Sequence record: LR756500.1
DNA length: 64,000 nucleotides
Reading direction: 5' to 3' (one strand)
Positions 1 to 10,280 of the stretch are shown in pieces; positions within the stretch are counted from its first letter, which is position 1; every line of letters begins with the position of its first letter. Made by a program: the position numbers and the translations under genes. The notes under the pieces were generated by a model. It did no database searches. It had not been told where the DNA came from and worked only from the letters and a program-made list of their open reading frames with translations.

Positions 1-293
1 TGACTCTTCATTGATCCTTCGATTAAAAATTTTTGTAATTGCGCTTATATAGCAGGCTTTTTCTCATAGGGTTATGATGAGTTAAAGTGTTGTAGAAATT
101 GAGCGTCGCGCTACGCGACTCGATTGTAAAGATGGTTAAGAGAGTGAAAGGATTAGTCGTGAAAGGGTTAGATGGTCTTGAAGTGTTAAGAGTGTATATA
201 TGATGGTATAGTATGTATAGAGTATAGAGCGATGTTTGAAAAGATAATAGGTTATAATCGTAGGGTGTAATCACTGATAATGAACATAGTGAC

Positions 294-716
294 CTATATA
301 GCAAGCAGTGCTAGTATAAGTACTGTTTACTAACACTAAGGTGATAGAACGAAGGCTCTATACTCTATAAGCTATATAGTTAGTGTATAGATGTGTTAAT
401 CTAATAGGCTTGTATGAAGAAACAGTGAAAAGTGTTGAAATGATGAGAAAAAGGGTATATTGATGAAAAAGGAAAACGGTGCATTGTGGTGAATGGATGT
501 GTATATGATGTGTGGTAATAAAGGCTTATTTAGTGTGTATAGCTATATGCATAGAGAAGGATAAGAGATGATACGCGTTTAAAAATGATGTGAATGTTGG
601 CCGTAGGATGTAATCACAGATATTGAACGTAAGGGCTTATATAAGGTGATAGAACGAAGGGCCGTTAAGCTTAGTGCTAGTAAACAGTACTTATACTAGC
701 ACTGCTTGCTATATAG
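294..716. repeat. 47-bp inverted repeat pair (294-340 and 670-716, 1 mismatch)
   Basis: ctatatagcaagcagtgctagtataagtactgtttactaacactaag is the reverse complement of cttagtgctagtaaacagtacttatactagcactgcttgctatatag except at one base. Confidence 0.95.
337..660 (+). repeat. 19-bp direct repeat taaggtgatagaacgaagg (337-355, 642-660) at the inner edges of the inverted repeat
   Basis: Exact match read in sequence. Confidence 0.95.
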
Positions 717-1057
717 CTAATATAGTGATATGATAGCTGAGATTGGGTAAAAGGGGGCCGTAGTGATTGAAAGTTAGTAGAAAGTATAAAGCACGATGTA
801 CTAAATACGGGGAACTAATCTTTGATAAAAGAACTAAAAATAAGAGTGGATATTAAAAACAGAAAGATAAGATGGTATAGAGAGGGTATGTATCTAGAAC
901 CTCGGGTCCGTGAATTATCCGGGTATATAAAAAAAAATTTTTTGGGAAATATTAAAAAATTTTTTGGGAAATATTTAAAAATAGGGTACTTTAATATAAA
1001 TTTTTAACAATGGGGTAATGTTATTATATTTAATTATAAAAAAATAAAAATAAACAT

Positions 1058-1222
1058 ATGGAAACAATTGATTTGAATGAATGTACGTTAATAAGTAGCG
1101 AAGAGTATTGTTTATTAGAAAATCCGGAATTTATAGGACAGACTAGATTAGATAGTAATGATATGTACTATATGGTTTGGAAGTGTGATGGAGTATTGTA
1201 TAAAACTTATAATAAACTTTAA
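1058..1222 (+). CDS. hypothetical protein (54 aa, not in ORF track)
   Basis: METIDLNEC...YKTYNKL, directly downstream of the promoter motif at 1021. Confidence 0.65.
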   Translation: METIDLNECTLISSEEYCLLENPEFIGQTRLDSNDMYYMVWKCDGVLYKTYNKL

Positions 1223-1226
1223 GAGT

Positions 1227-1361
1227 ATGAATGTAACTTGCCCAAAATGTTTGATGGAGAATGCTTATTATAATGGTAGGTGTTATGAATGTCCAGATTG
1301 TGATTATCAATGGGATACTATTGAGTTAGAGGATGATGAAGATTTAGTAGAAATTGATTAA
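1227..1361 (+). CDS. PhnA-like zinc-ribbon protein with acidic tail
   Basis: MNVTCPKC...YECPDCDYQW has two CxxC motifs; ATG at 1227 preferred over the track start at 1158. Confidence 0.6.
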   Translation: MNVTCPKCLMENAYYNGRCYECPDCDYQWDTIELEDDEDLVEID

Positions 1362-1370
1362 TTATTTATT

Positions 1371-1703
1371 ATGGAAGCAAAAGAACGACAGCCGTTGATG
1401 ACGGTTAGTAGTGAAGAACAGATTAAAAAGTTTAAAGAGTTGTTGAAGGTTATACCGGAATCTATACGTAAAAGAATTAGGTTAATTGAAGAGCCTCATA
1501 CGATAATAATATGGTTAGATGACATATATGAGCAGAGTTTTAATTTTCCTATTATGTTAGGTGTAAAATCTATTAAGCATGATATTGAGAATAATGTAAT
1601 ATTAACTTTTTATAAAGTTGATAGTGTTTCTTTTGTTATTAAAGCGAAAATTCGTGGTGATGTTGCTATTACTAAGAGTGTTACTTATGATATATTAGTT
1701 TAA
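1371..1703 (+). CDS. hypothetical protein
   Basis: 110-aa ORF, tightly packed after the previous gene. Confidence 0.7.
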   Translation: MEAKERQPLMTVSSEEQIKKFKELLKVIPESIRKRIRLIEEPHTIIIWLDDIYEQSFNFPIMLGVKSIKHDIENNVILTFYKVDSVSFVIKAKIRGDVAITKSVTYDILV

Positions 1704-1780
1704 AATACTTTAAAAAAAATTTTTAACTTGATTTATAAGTTATTATATTTATTTATAAAAATTTAAAATAACTTATAAAA

Positions 1781-2032
1781 ATGGGAACACAACAAATTAC
1801 AAAGTTAAGTCAAAAAGTATTTAATAGTGTTTTAGACAAATTAAGAAAGGTAGCAGATTGGACTTATGAAGAAACAGAAAATACAGAGGTTCATAGGTAT
1901 GATTTAAGTGATACATCAATTTATGTGTATAAGACTGGTACAATAGAAGGTTCATTACCGGAAGAGTATCAGGAAGGTATAGATAAAGCAATAGAAGGAG
2001 TAGAAATAGAAAATTTTGTAAGTTTTTATTAA
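1781..2032 (+). CDS. hypothetical protein
   Basis: 83-aa ORF after the promoter motif at 1740. Confidence 0.75.
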   Translation: MGTQQITKLSQKVFNSVLDKLRKVADWTYEETENTEVHRYDLSDTSIYVYKTGTIEGSLPEEYQEGIDKAIEGVEIENFVSFY

Positions 2033-2034
2033 TT

Positions 2035-2598
2035 ATGGAAAAGTTTATACAATTAGAGGCATATAGTCAATCGGATATTAATTTATCTAATGAAGTATTG
2101 GCAACGTTGATATTTGAAGGTTCAAATCAGGCTTCATTTAGAGGTATAGATAAAGAACGAATAGTAGGTGCAATAAATAGTGCAATTCGTAAGAATACCG
2201 CATTTGTACAAGAGTTGATTTTGGAAGAAATAGATAAAGATGCAATAAAGAAGGGTGAATTAAAGACGCCAAAGAGTTTAGTATTAGAAGATTTTCAGGA
2301 TGCAGTTAGAAATTTGATAAAAGAATTACGATTGAAACCTACTGTTAAGTTTATTGAAACGAAGGATAAGTTAGAAGGAAAGACTGGAGATTCTGTTTAT
2401 ATAAAATTTATAATGTATAATCCAAGTGGTAAAGAAAAAGAATTTAATGGTGAGTTGTTTATATCATTTTATAAAGGTAAAGTGGATGCTTTTGATTTAA
2501 TTGATAGTAAAATTAATAAAGAGATTGTTTCTTATAATAAAATGTTTTTATATAATCCAGATTTGTTATATAAGAAGATTCATCAAGATATTAGTTAG
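2035..2598 (+). CDS. hypothetical protein
   Basis: 187-aa ORF, 2 nt after the previous stop. Confidence 0.8.
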   Translation: MEKFIQLEAYSQSDINLSNEVLATLIFEGSNQASFRGIDKERIVGAINSAIRKNTAFVQELILEEIDKDAIKKGELKTPKSLVLEDFQDAVRNLIKELRLKPTVKFIETKDKLEGKTGDSVYIKFIMYNPSGKEKEFNGELFISFYKGKVDAFDLIDSKINKEIVSYNKMFLYNPDLLYKKIHQDIS

Positions 2599-2689
2599 TT
2601 GTTTTCATTTATTAAGTATAGATTACGGATGCATTAATCCGTTTTCTTTTTGTTTGATAATTTTATGTTCTAGAACCTCGGGACCACTT

Positions 2690-2990
2690 GCTCGTGTTAT
2701 ACAGAGCTGTACATGTACTTATCAATAAGTTAGGAATATAAGAAATGCTTGTTGGTGCAAGTTAAGTAGTGTTTCGGATCTGATTGTCTGACAAACAAAT
2801 TAAAGAAAGACTGATCCGTTTAATACTTTTGGGATTTTTTATTAAATTTATAAATAATTATGGCTTCCGAGCAGTATTTTCTGTGCCGGAAGGATTTTAA
2901 TTAGGGAAAACAGGTACATGATACATTTTAAATATGTACGTTGGTGCAAGTTAAGTTGTTGTTTTCGTCTGAAGTACCGATTTACATACA
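2690..2990. other. Non-coding structured region with a 17-bp direct repeat and several hairpins
   Basis: gttggtgcaagttaagt at 2751 and 2940; stems cggatc/gatccg, ttccg-gcag/ctg-gccggaa, gtacat/atgtac. Confidence 0.45.
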
Positions 2991-3063
2991 TTATAAAGTA
3001 TTTAAAAGAATATTTTTACTTTTAAATTTTTGTTATTAAATTTAATATATTAAAATAATAACA

Positions 3064-3270
3064 ATGAAAATTTGGAAAGATAATAAAGACTATATAATTG
3101 TTACTAGCAATAAAAGATTATACACTCTAATAGGAACTCCAAATGGATATCAATTGCAAAATCATAATTCAAGAGTAAATGATGATTGGGCTCCTTCAAA
3201 AGGTACTTTATTAAAGAATATTCCTAACAAAATTAAACGTAAAGTGTTTAAATTAAATAAAAATACTTAA
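3064..3270 (+). CDS. hypothetical protein
   Basis: 68-aa ORF with A-rich leader. Confidence 0.65.
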   Translation: MKIWKDNKDYIIVTSNKRLYTLIGTPNGYQLQNHNSRVNDDWAPSKGTLLKNIPNKIKRKVFKLNKNT

Positions 3271-3351
3271 AATCTTATTTTTTTATTTAAAACTTTGTTA
3301 TTATATTTATTTAATTAATTAATATTTATACACTTATAAAATTTTAAAGCT

Positions 3352-4041
3352 ATGGAATTAAAAGACTTAGTAGAATTAAGACAAATTGGACTATCATTAG
3401 TCGATAAAACAACAGAATTAATCAAAAAAGAAGTAGAAGGTGGAAAAGTATCAGAAGATACTCTTTTTGATTTATTACATAATTCGTTTAAAAAATTAAC
3501 ACCTGTTAAAGAAACAAAGAAAAAAGAACAAAAGGTTAAAAAAGAACAAAATATTGAAAAAGTTTTTAATACAAATACTCTCACAGGTGCAATACAAGAA
3601 ATTTTAACTAAAACAAATCCTGATACAGAATTTGATATTAATACAATTGATGAAACTGTTAAATCATTCTTTCCAAATTTAGAATTTAATAAATCATCTA
3701 TTCAAAAAATTCTTTCTAGATTAAAAGATAAACAAATTCTAATAAGAGTTAGAAGCGGTTTTTACAAAGCTAATACTAATCCTATTATCGAAAAAGCTAA
3801 AAAACCTAAAGAAGAAACAACTAAAGTTATTGTACCTACAACTATTAGAGACAAAGTATTAAAATTAATGCCGGAATCAAATGTAGCAATTGATGTACAA
3901 ATGATTTTTGAAAAACTTAAAAAGCATTATCCTAACAAAAAATATAGCATTAACTCATTATATCCTCAATTAACATTCTTAGTACAAGATAATCTTCTTA
4001 AAAGAATTAAAGCTGGTTTATATGCACGAGTTAAAGCATAA
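3352..4041 (+). CDS. putative DNA-binding protein with two winged-helix-like repeats
   Basis: Two similar units ending LIRVRSGFYK and LKRIKAGLYAR; follows promoter motif at 3298. Confidence 0.55.
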   Translation: MELKDLVELRQIGLSLVDKTTELIKKEVEGGKVSEDTLFDLLHNSFKKLTPVKETKKKEQKVKKEQNIEKVFNTNTLTGAIQEILTKTNPDTEFDINTIDETVKSFFPNLEFNKSSIQKILSRLKDKQILIRVRSGFYKANTNPIIEKAKKPKEETTKVIVPTTIRDKVLKLMPESNVAIDVQMIFEKLKKHYPNKKYSINSLYPQLTFLVQDNLLKRIKAGLYARVKA

Positions 4042-4047
4042 AATAAT

Positions 4048-4069
4048 AAAGGGTACTTATGTACCTTTT
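4048..4069 (+). terminator. intrinsic terminator
   Basis: aaagggtac-ttat-gtacctttt just after the stop at 4041. Confidence 0.6.
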
Positions 4070-4448
4070 AATTTTTTATTAATTACTTTTTTATTATATT
4101 TACTTAATATTTATTTTTTTATTCTTTCATATTTTTGGGGTTCATATTTTGTAATGGGTAACTAGCCAAGAAGTTACCCATTATTTTTTTATTACTTTAT
4201 AATACAAAAATCAATTATTGATTTTTGATTCATTTAATTAACTAATTAAATCTTTTAGATATTATTAATATCAATTGGCGTATTATATATTGTTGAAGTT
4301 TAATNNNNNNNNNNNNNNNNNNNNNNTATTACCTTTAAAGGTGTATAAAAGTTTGTAATTTTATTATATATTAATTTTACTTTATTAACTATTTTTATCT
4401 TTTAATATTTGTTATTATATTTATACTATAATTAAAATAATATAAACA

Positions 4449-4736
4449 ATGGACACAACTACAAAAATACCATTAAATGGGTTAACCCATACCAAAATGA
4501 TTGAAGAAATTAAAAAAGTTATTGATATAACTTTATGCTCTTCAATTAATAAAGGTACTTCATCTGGTTTAAGATATGTAAAACTCTATTATAAAGAGAA
4601 AAATGTAGCAGAAAATCAACTTAAATGCATTAATAAAAGATTAAATGATTCTGCTGAAATTGCTTTTGAAAGAGCGGATTATGCAAAAAGATTCGGTCCA
4701 TACTCTATCTTCATTTATAATTTCTATCACGATTAA
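4449..4736 (+). CDS. hypothetical protein
   Basis: 95-aa ORF after the promoter motif at 4412. Confidence 0.75.
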   Translation: MDTTTKIPLNGLTHTKMIEEIKKVIDITLCSSINKGTSSGLRYVKLYYKEKNVAENQLKCINKRLNDSAEIAFERADYAKRFGPYSIFIYNFYHD

Positions 4737-4903
4737 TGGATGATATAGAACATATATTATTTACATGTTCTGAAGGTGAATTAAATCATCTTATAGAAAA
4801 ATATCAAACTCATCGAGATTCCTGTGAAACAAGTAAAGAAAAACATATTATAGAGTGTATACTCAATAGAATTGATAAAGTAAAATTAGAAAAAAATCTT
4901 TAA
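4736..4903 (+). CDS. hypothetical protein (55 aa, not in ORF track)
   Basis: MDDIEHILFTC...LEKNL, TAATG overlap with the previous stop. Confidence 0.6.
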   Translation: MDDIEHILFTCSEGELNHLIEKYQTHRDSCETSKEKHIIECILNRIDKVKLEKNL

Positions 4904-4997
4904 AAAGTATGTTAAACAAAGTTTTACCGTTTATTAAAAAGTTATTATATTTACCTATAATTAAAATTTAAAATTATTAACTAAAACATTTATTATT

Positions 4998-5222
4998 ATG
5001 GCACCTTTATTACCGTTAGCAATCGCATTTTCTATAGGAGCAGCCTTTGGAGCAGGAGCAACTATTGGAGCACAAAAAGCAAAAAATCTTAAATTTACCA
5101 AATTTAAAGTACAAAATGCTGGTAACTCTAAAAAAGTTACAAAAGAAAAAGATAAAAATAAAGATAAAAAATCATCTAAAACTACAAAAGAAACAGAAAA
5201 AACTGAAACAGAAAAAGCTTAA
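4998..5222 (+). CDS. small membrane-anchored Lys-rich protein
   Basis: Hydrophobic Gly/Ala N-terminus then basic tail; follows promoter motif at 4942. Confidence 0.65.
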   Translation: MAPLLPLAIAFSIGAAFGAGATIGAQKAKNLKFTKFKVQNAGNSKKVTKEKDKNKDKKSSKTTKETEKTETEKA

Positions 5223-5335
5223 ACATTAAGAAAGTATAGAGAAGTTACCGATTAAAGTTGTTTCCATTTTTATATCTACTTCTCTTACTTTCTTTTTATA
5301 ACATAAGTGATTTCCATAGCAATAAATCACAGTCA

Positions 5336-5378
5336 GAGGACCTTTCATTTTTTAATACTCTTCGAAAGGTCCTCTTTT
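5336..5378 (+). terminator. intrinsic terminator
   Basis: 11-bp stem GAGGACCTTTC/GAAAGGTCCTC followed by TTTT. Confidence 0.7.
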
Positions 5379-5642
5379 ATGCTTAATCCCTAACTATTAT
5401 ATGCACTCTATGATATATTATATTTTTATATTCCGGCCTATTACCCATGTATTACCTTTGTATATTCCGGTTATACTTGGAATCAGATTCAACCCTAAAT
5501 ATATTACCCTATATAAAATTAACCGCGTATCCCTAGTAGCATTAAATTTAATTAAACATTCTTTATTAAAAATTTTTATCTATTAACCTTTGTTATTATA
5601 TTTATATAATTAAAAATTAATACATCTAAAATTTTTATAGCT

Positions 5643-5864
5643 ATGGCAACTAAATATCAATCACTTGAACAACAACTAATCCAAGAAACTTGGATCACTC
5701 TAGACCAATACCTTAAATATCATGCTGGTATGCTAGAAGACTTCAAACGCATAAAAGAATACAAAGAAAAATACTTCAAAAAAATCAACAAAAAGAACAT
5801 AGGTCAATGGTCTAATGTACCATCCAAAACCCTTAAAGTAGCAATCGATAACAACCTAATATAA
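5643..5864 (+). CDS. hypothetical protein
   Basis: 73-aa ORF after the promoter motif at 5593. Confidence 0.75.
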   Translation: MATKYQSLEQQLIQETWITLDQYLKYHAGMLEDFKRIKEYKEKYFKKINKKNIGQWSNVPSKTLKVAIDNNLI

Positions 5865-5870
5865 TAAATT

Positions 5871-6239
5871 ATGTCAAATTGTATAAAAGTAATAAATAAC
5901 AAATTATCATTCACTATTGATCATTTTGATATTATAGGGTTTAAAAACCTAATAGATGAAGCTGAATTAAAAATAAATAATGAAAATTGTTCTAAATACG
6001 GAGATGAAGCTACTAATACACTAATAGCAGTATGGTGGTTTCTATCAAAAAATACAAAAATTACTCCTTACGAAGTAATGATAACTTTTAACGAAGGAAG
6101 ATCATCACACACAACCAGAGATTTTAAAATTATACTTAACATAATATCTAAATTCATAACAAAACCTTTTAAAAAACAAATATTATGTCATGATATAGAT
6201 TATCCTGAAAAATATTATGAACCACTAATAAAATTATAA
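5871..6239 (+). CDS. hypothetical protein
   Basis: 122-aa ORF, operon-packed. Confidence 0.75.
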   Translation: MSNCIKVINNKLSFTIDHFDIIGFKNLIDEAELKINNENCSKYGDEATNTLIAVWWFLSKNTKITPYEVMITFNEGRSSHTTRDFKIILNIISKFITKPFKKQILCHDIDYPEKYYEPLIKL

Positions 6240-6241
6240 TT

Positions 6242-6523
6242 ATGAATATAAAAATTTTATCAAAAAAAGAAATCATCGAAGAATTCATAAGTGAAGAAGA
6301 CTATGATGATGTAATGTCAAATCCAGATTATTACTATCTACATGATGAAAACGGATTTGATAAAGAAACAATAGATGAAATTGTCAAAACTTTTAAAATT
6401 CATTTTCCAAATATTGTTATTGACGAAGAAAATGATTTTGAATCATTAAACATCCTTCTTGATACTCCTGAAAAACATATTTTAGCTTTCTCAATAATAT
6501 TCTCACTTACTAATAACAAATAA
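6242..6523 (+). CDS. hypothetical acidic protein
   Basis: 93-aa ORF, operon-packed. Confidence 0.75.
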   Translation: MNIKILSKKEIIEEFISEEDYDDVMSNPDYYYLHDENGFDKETIDEIVKTFKIHFPNIVIDEENDFESLNILLDTPEKHILAFSIIFSLTNNK

Positions 6524-7200
6524 AAAAGAAAGATTTTACAAAATTAATTCACGAACAACTATTTATTATATAATTCGATTCGGTCTAACTCTAATGTACT
6601 TATATCACTATTTTTAAACTATTACAAGCGGCTTTAAAGCCGCTTAATACCTTTTTCACCGACTCAATATGATAAATTTTATATAGGGCCGGCTAAAAAA
6701 GTTTCGATTTCAACAGGCTATTTTCCAATTACTTTACTTGCTACTAATTCATCATCACTTTAACTTTCATTAAACATAGATCACGAATTACTAAATATGT
6801 TTTCTTTTTATATCCATTAATTTATGTTCTAGAACCTTCGGGATAGGGGAACGACCAATACATGAATTAATTAACTACTCCTTTTCACACAAAACTACCG
6901 ATAAGACTCTTACTAAAAAAATCCTTCGGTTAACTTATTCAACATCAATATCTTATGTAAAAACTATTTAAGCCTTTCTATAACTGTCATACTAAATGCC
7001 TACTCTTTCTTAATTCCTATTCGCTGCTATCTAACTTTTTCTTAACCCTTTAATGACACAACTCATTAACAGCTTTACTATGCCTATTACCTTCTAATAC
7101 CTATTTACTTAACCTATTCGCTGACTGCATACTTGTTTGTATATTTGCCTTCTAATTATATTATATATTACTATCCCGTTATTACTTTATTAATTATTTT

Positions 7201-7657
7201 TATCTATTAACCTTTGTTATTATATTTATATAACAATTAAATAATTATACAATGGACAAATCACCTAAACTAATCGATGCAGTAGAAGCTACTATTGATA
7301 ATTTCTTCAAATGGTACACAAACGAAGATAATGACTCTCTTATCAAATGGTTCGCAGATTGGCAAACTTCTAATTGCTTAACTATAAATGGTATTCATGC
7401 ACAAGATGATAATAAAAATGGTATGACAATACTTAAAAAACTATTCGAAAATAAAGAACAAACAGTCACTTTCAATACATACCAAGGTGATTCATACATA
7501 GATACTCATTTCACTATTAATAAAGATATTTATACAATTCAAGTATGTGACATACCATTTACAGAAGAAACATACCCACCTATAACTTTTTTATAATTTT
7601 TTATCTATTAAACTTTGTTATTATATTTATATAACAATTAAATAATTATACAATGGA
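7201..7657 (+). repeat. 56-bp promoter/leader direct repeat (7201-7256, 7602-7657; 1 mismatch), partial third copy near 5577-5607
   Basis: tatctattaa(c/a)ctttgttattatatttatataacaattaaataattatacaatgga. Confidence 0.9.
7252..7596 (+). CDS. hypothetical protein
   Basis: 114-aa ORF with its own promoter. Confidence 0.8.
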   Translation: MDKSPKLIDAVEATIDNFFKWYTNEDNDSLIKWFADWQTSNCLTINGIHAQDDNKNGMTILKKLFENKEQTVTFNTYQGDSYIDTHFTINKDIYTIQVCDIPFTEETYPPITFL

Positions 7658-7964
7658 ACCAACTAATAAATCAACTTCACATAAAATAGAAATATCATGG
7701 GAAGAATTTAGAAAACAAACATTCCAAAAAGCATTAGAACTTATACAAAATCGTAATTGCTCTACATTCAAAATAATAGGATACAAACATCTATATATTA
7801 GATTAATACTTTACTACAATGATTGCAATGAAATATTTGAATTTGAAAAAGATAAAGAACCAACTCATTTCTATACAAAAAACAAAACTCATGACGAACA
7901 TATGATAGAATTAAAACAATTTAAAGAAGAATTTGAAAGAGACATTCCTGAAACTAATCAATAA
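7653..7964 (+). CDS. hypothetical protein
   Basis: 103-aa ORF with its own promoter. Confidence 0.8.
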   Translation: MEPTNKSTSHKIEISWEEFRKQTFQKALELIQNRNCSTFKIIGYKHLYIRLILYYNDCNEIFEFEKDKEPTHFYTKNKTHDEHMIELKQFKEEFERDIPETNQ

Positions 7965-7980
7965 CTAAATCTATAAAATT

Positions 7981-8589
7981 ATGAAAATTAAATTATTCTA
8001 CAACGGTCCCAACAAACTAACAGATGTACGGGAAACACATAACATACTACATATCATAAACGAATTTGAAAAATGCACCAATAAAACAAAAATCAATCAT
8101 CTCTCCGACCTCTTCGACAAAAACAGACCTAAAGGTGAATTCTTCATCGAAACAAACATACTACATGAAAACCTTATTAACAAAAATGAATTATCTTCAA
8201 TCAACTGGTCCTATAAAATACTAAACAACATAATCAACGATATCAAATCAAATCTTGAATCCTCTCTTAATATATCTCTTACAGAAGACTTTGACTCTAT
8301 ATCAACCAACTCTCCAAACAAACAAGAAGGCCACTATAAAAAATTCTCTATCAAATCCTCTCTTCCAAACTTTCCTAAAATGCTATACGACATACACCTT
8401 ATCATATACGAATCAAAAACATTCCAATTCCAATACAAAAAAGACTTCATCCCTACTCAACTACACAACGAAATTCTAACCGAATCAATGGAATCAAAAA
8501 ACATTCAATACCCTCTCGATATTATCAACCTAAATACAATCACTCTCAACTTCATCCTTAACTATATCAAAACTAACTATACAAAATAA
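7981..8589 (+). CDS. hypothetical protein
   Basis: 202-aa ORF with strongly C-biased codons. Confidence 0.75.
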   Translation: MKIKLFYNGPNKLTDVRETHNILHIINEFEKCTNKTKINHLSDLFDKNRPKGEFFIETNILHENLINKNELSSINWSYKILNNIINDIKSNLESSLNISLTEDFDSISTNSPNKQEGHYKKFSIKSSLPNFPKMLYDIHLIIYESKTFQFQYKKDFIPTQLHNEILTESMESKNIQYPLDIINLNTITLNFILNYIKTNYTK

Positions 8590-8915
8590 AAATATACTTC
8601 TACAGCATCTTATACTACTCCACTTATACAATATATTTAAGCATCATACACCGACTCTTTACCGTTATATCTTATTAACACTCTTATCTTTATACTTTTC
8701 TTTTCAGATTCTCTCTATAAGGGCCGTCTAAAATCTATCTCTCTTCAATCTACTCTTTCTTCAACATTATCAGTATCCCGGCTATCAATCACTTATATGC
8801 CTCTCTATCCTTTTAAACTTTATACCCTTTTTAATGTTTATTTCCAATTCTTTAATTTTTATATTATATTTATATCATTAAATAATTATTAATTAATCTA
8901 TTAAATCTATCAATT

Positions 8916-9525
8916 ATGAAAACACTAAACCTTTTCCTAACACTCTTTACACTAACATCTATTTTCACTGCATGCGAAAAAGATGAAGTAATAGAGCTTA
9001 AACAAAAAAATGATGAACTATCAACAAACGTTAACAATCTTCAACATCAATTCGACACTCTTAGTCTTGACACCATCATCAATGGTACTGATACCATCAT
9101 TATTCTCAACAGCGATACAATCTACATCAGCACTCATGATACCATCTACATCGCTCCAGATAATACATTCATTGAAGACTCACTTAGTATTGAAATAAAC
9201 ATTACTTCAAATACTGGAAATGAATCCGTAAGATATGAATTAATTCCATATAACTTTTTAACACCGCCAATACATACCTTTGAATCATCCTATTCAACCT
9301 CTGCTACACAAAAGTACCTACTACATGATATAAAAGTACCTACTACATGATATAAAATACCGACTAAAAATAACAACAATTAGTACTGATTGTACATTTA
9401 CTCTAAACTTTAAAAATTCATCTGATAAAACAATATCATTAACAAATGGCTATAACCCATCAATCGAACTATTCATTACCTACAATCAATCTACTCATAC
9501 TTTCATACTAACAAATATGAAATAA
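8916..9525 (+). CDS. Bacteroidota-type lipoprotein, frameshifted by a 22-bp tandem duplication (144 aa as is, 195 aa if one copy is removed)
   Basis: Signal peptide II MKTLNLFLTLFTLTSIFTA-C followed by EKDE; aaagtacctactacatgatata duplicated at 9311-9354; the downstream frame stays open to TAA at 9523-9525. Confidence 0.75.
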
Positions 9526-9538
9526 TTACCTCAAACAA

Positions 9539-9564
9539 AAAAGAGCTTAACCGCTCTTTTTTTT
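9539..9564 (+). terminator. intrinsic terminator
   Basis: aaaagagc-ttaacc-gctctttttttt immediately after the restored lipoprotein stop. Confidence 0.75.
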
Positions 9565-9776
9565 CATCACCCACGAACCATCAACTTCTTATTCTTTATC
9601 TTTCCATCCTCTATTACAAGAACCTCTATATCCATTAATTTTTGGACCCATCCCAAAAAAATAAACTTTATTAAATATGTTATTTTCTTTAAAATAAATT
9701 TCCAGTTCTTTATTTTTTATATTATATTTATATCATTAAATAATTATTAAATATTAACTTATAAAATTACTACAAA

Positions 9777-10232
9777 ATGAAAACACAAACCGAAAAAACA
9801 GAAAAAATGCTTAAAAAAGAAAAAGCAATGCTAAACAACATGCTCACTCACTTAAAATCAAACAGTATCAAATGTCAAATCGACAAAATCAAAGAAATCA
9901 TCATTCAGGAAAAAACTGATAAAGTTGAAGAAATCAAAATCGATGAATTAATTCTTAACGGTTATTACAAATCAAATGAAAAATTCAACTTCAAACTATC
10001 AGTTCATCCCGAAGAAATAAATGAAAACGGTCACCCTCAAGTAATTCTTCAACTAGAAGTTGAATCTAACAAATTCATAAAAATGCACCCCCAAACTAAC
10101 GGTCAACTAACTTTTATGATCAAAAACTTTCAAACAGGTATAGAAGAAACTTCTACTATAGAAAACTCTACAATAGAAAACTCTACTCCTGAAATAACTA
10201 CAAAAGATAACAAAAACAACAAAAAGAAATAA
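9777..10232 (+). CDS. hypothetical protein, paralog A
   Basis: Shares KTEK.LKKEK.M..NM.TH.K.N.IK and HPE..NENGH.QV...PQTNGQL with 10549..11049. Confidence 0.8.
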   Translation: MKTQTEKTEKMLKKEKAMLNNMLTHLKSNSIKCQIDKIKEIIIQEKTDKVEEIKIDELILNGYYKSNEKFNFKLSVHPEEINENGHPQVILQLEVESNKFIKMHPQTNGQLTFMIKNFQTGIEETSTIENSTIENSTPEITTKDNKNNKKK

Positions 10233-10251
10233 CAAACCCCTATACCAAATC

Positions 10252-10280
10252 AAAGGAGTATTCAAACACTCCTTTTTTTT
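10252..10280 (+). terminator. intrinsic terminator
   Basis: aaaggagt-attcaaac-actccttt followed by a T-run. Confidence 0.75.

Noticed and set aside
2751-2956. CRISPR mini-array from the 17-bp repeat
   Set aside because: Only two copies, 189 bp apart, and no cas genes in the window; no CRISPR array was seen anywhere.
6626-6650. Perfect palindrome aagcggctttaaagccgctt
   Set aside because: Most simply the terminator for the 5643-6523 operon; not separately novel.
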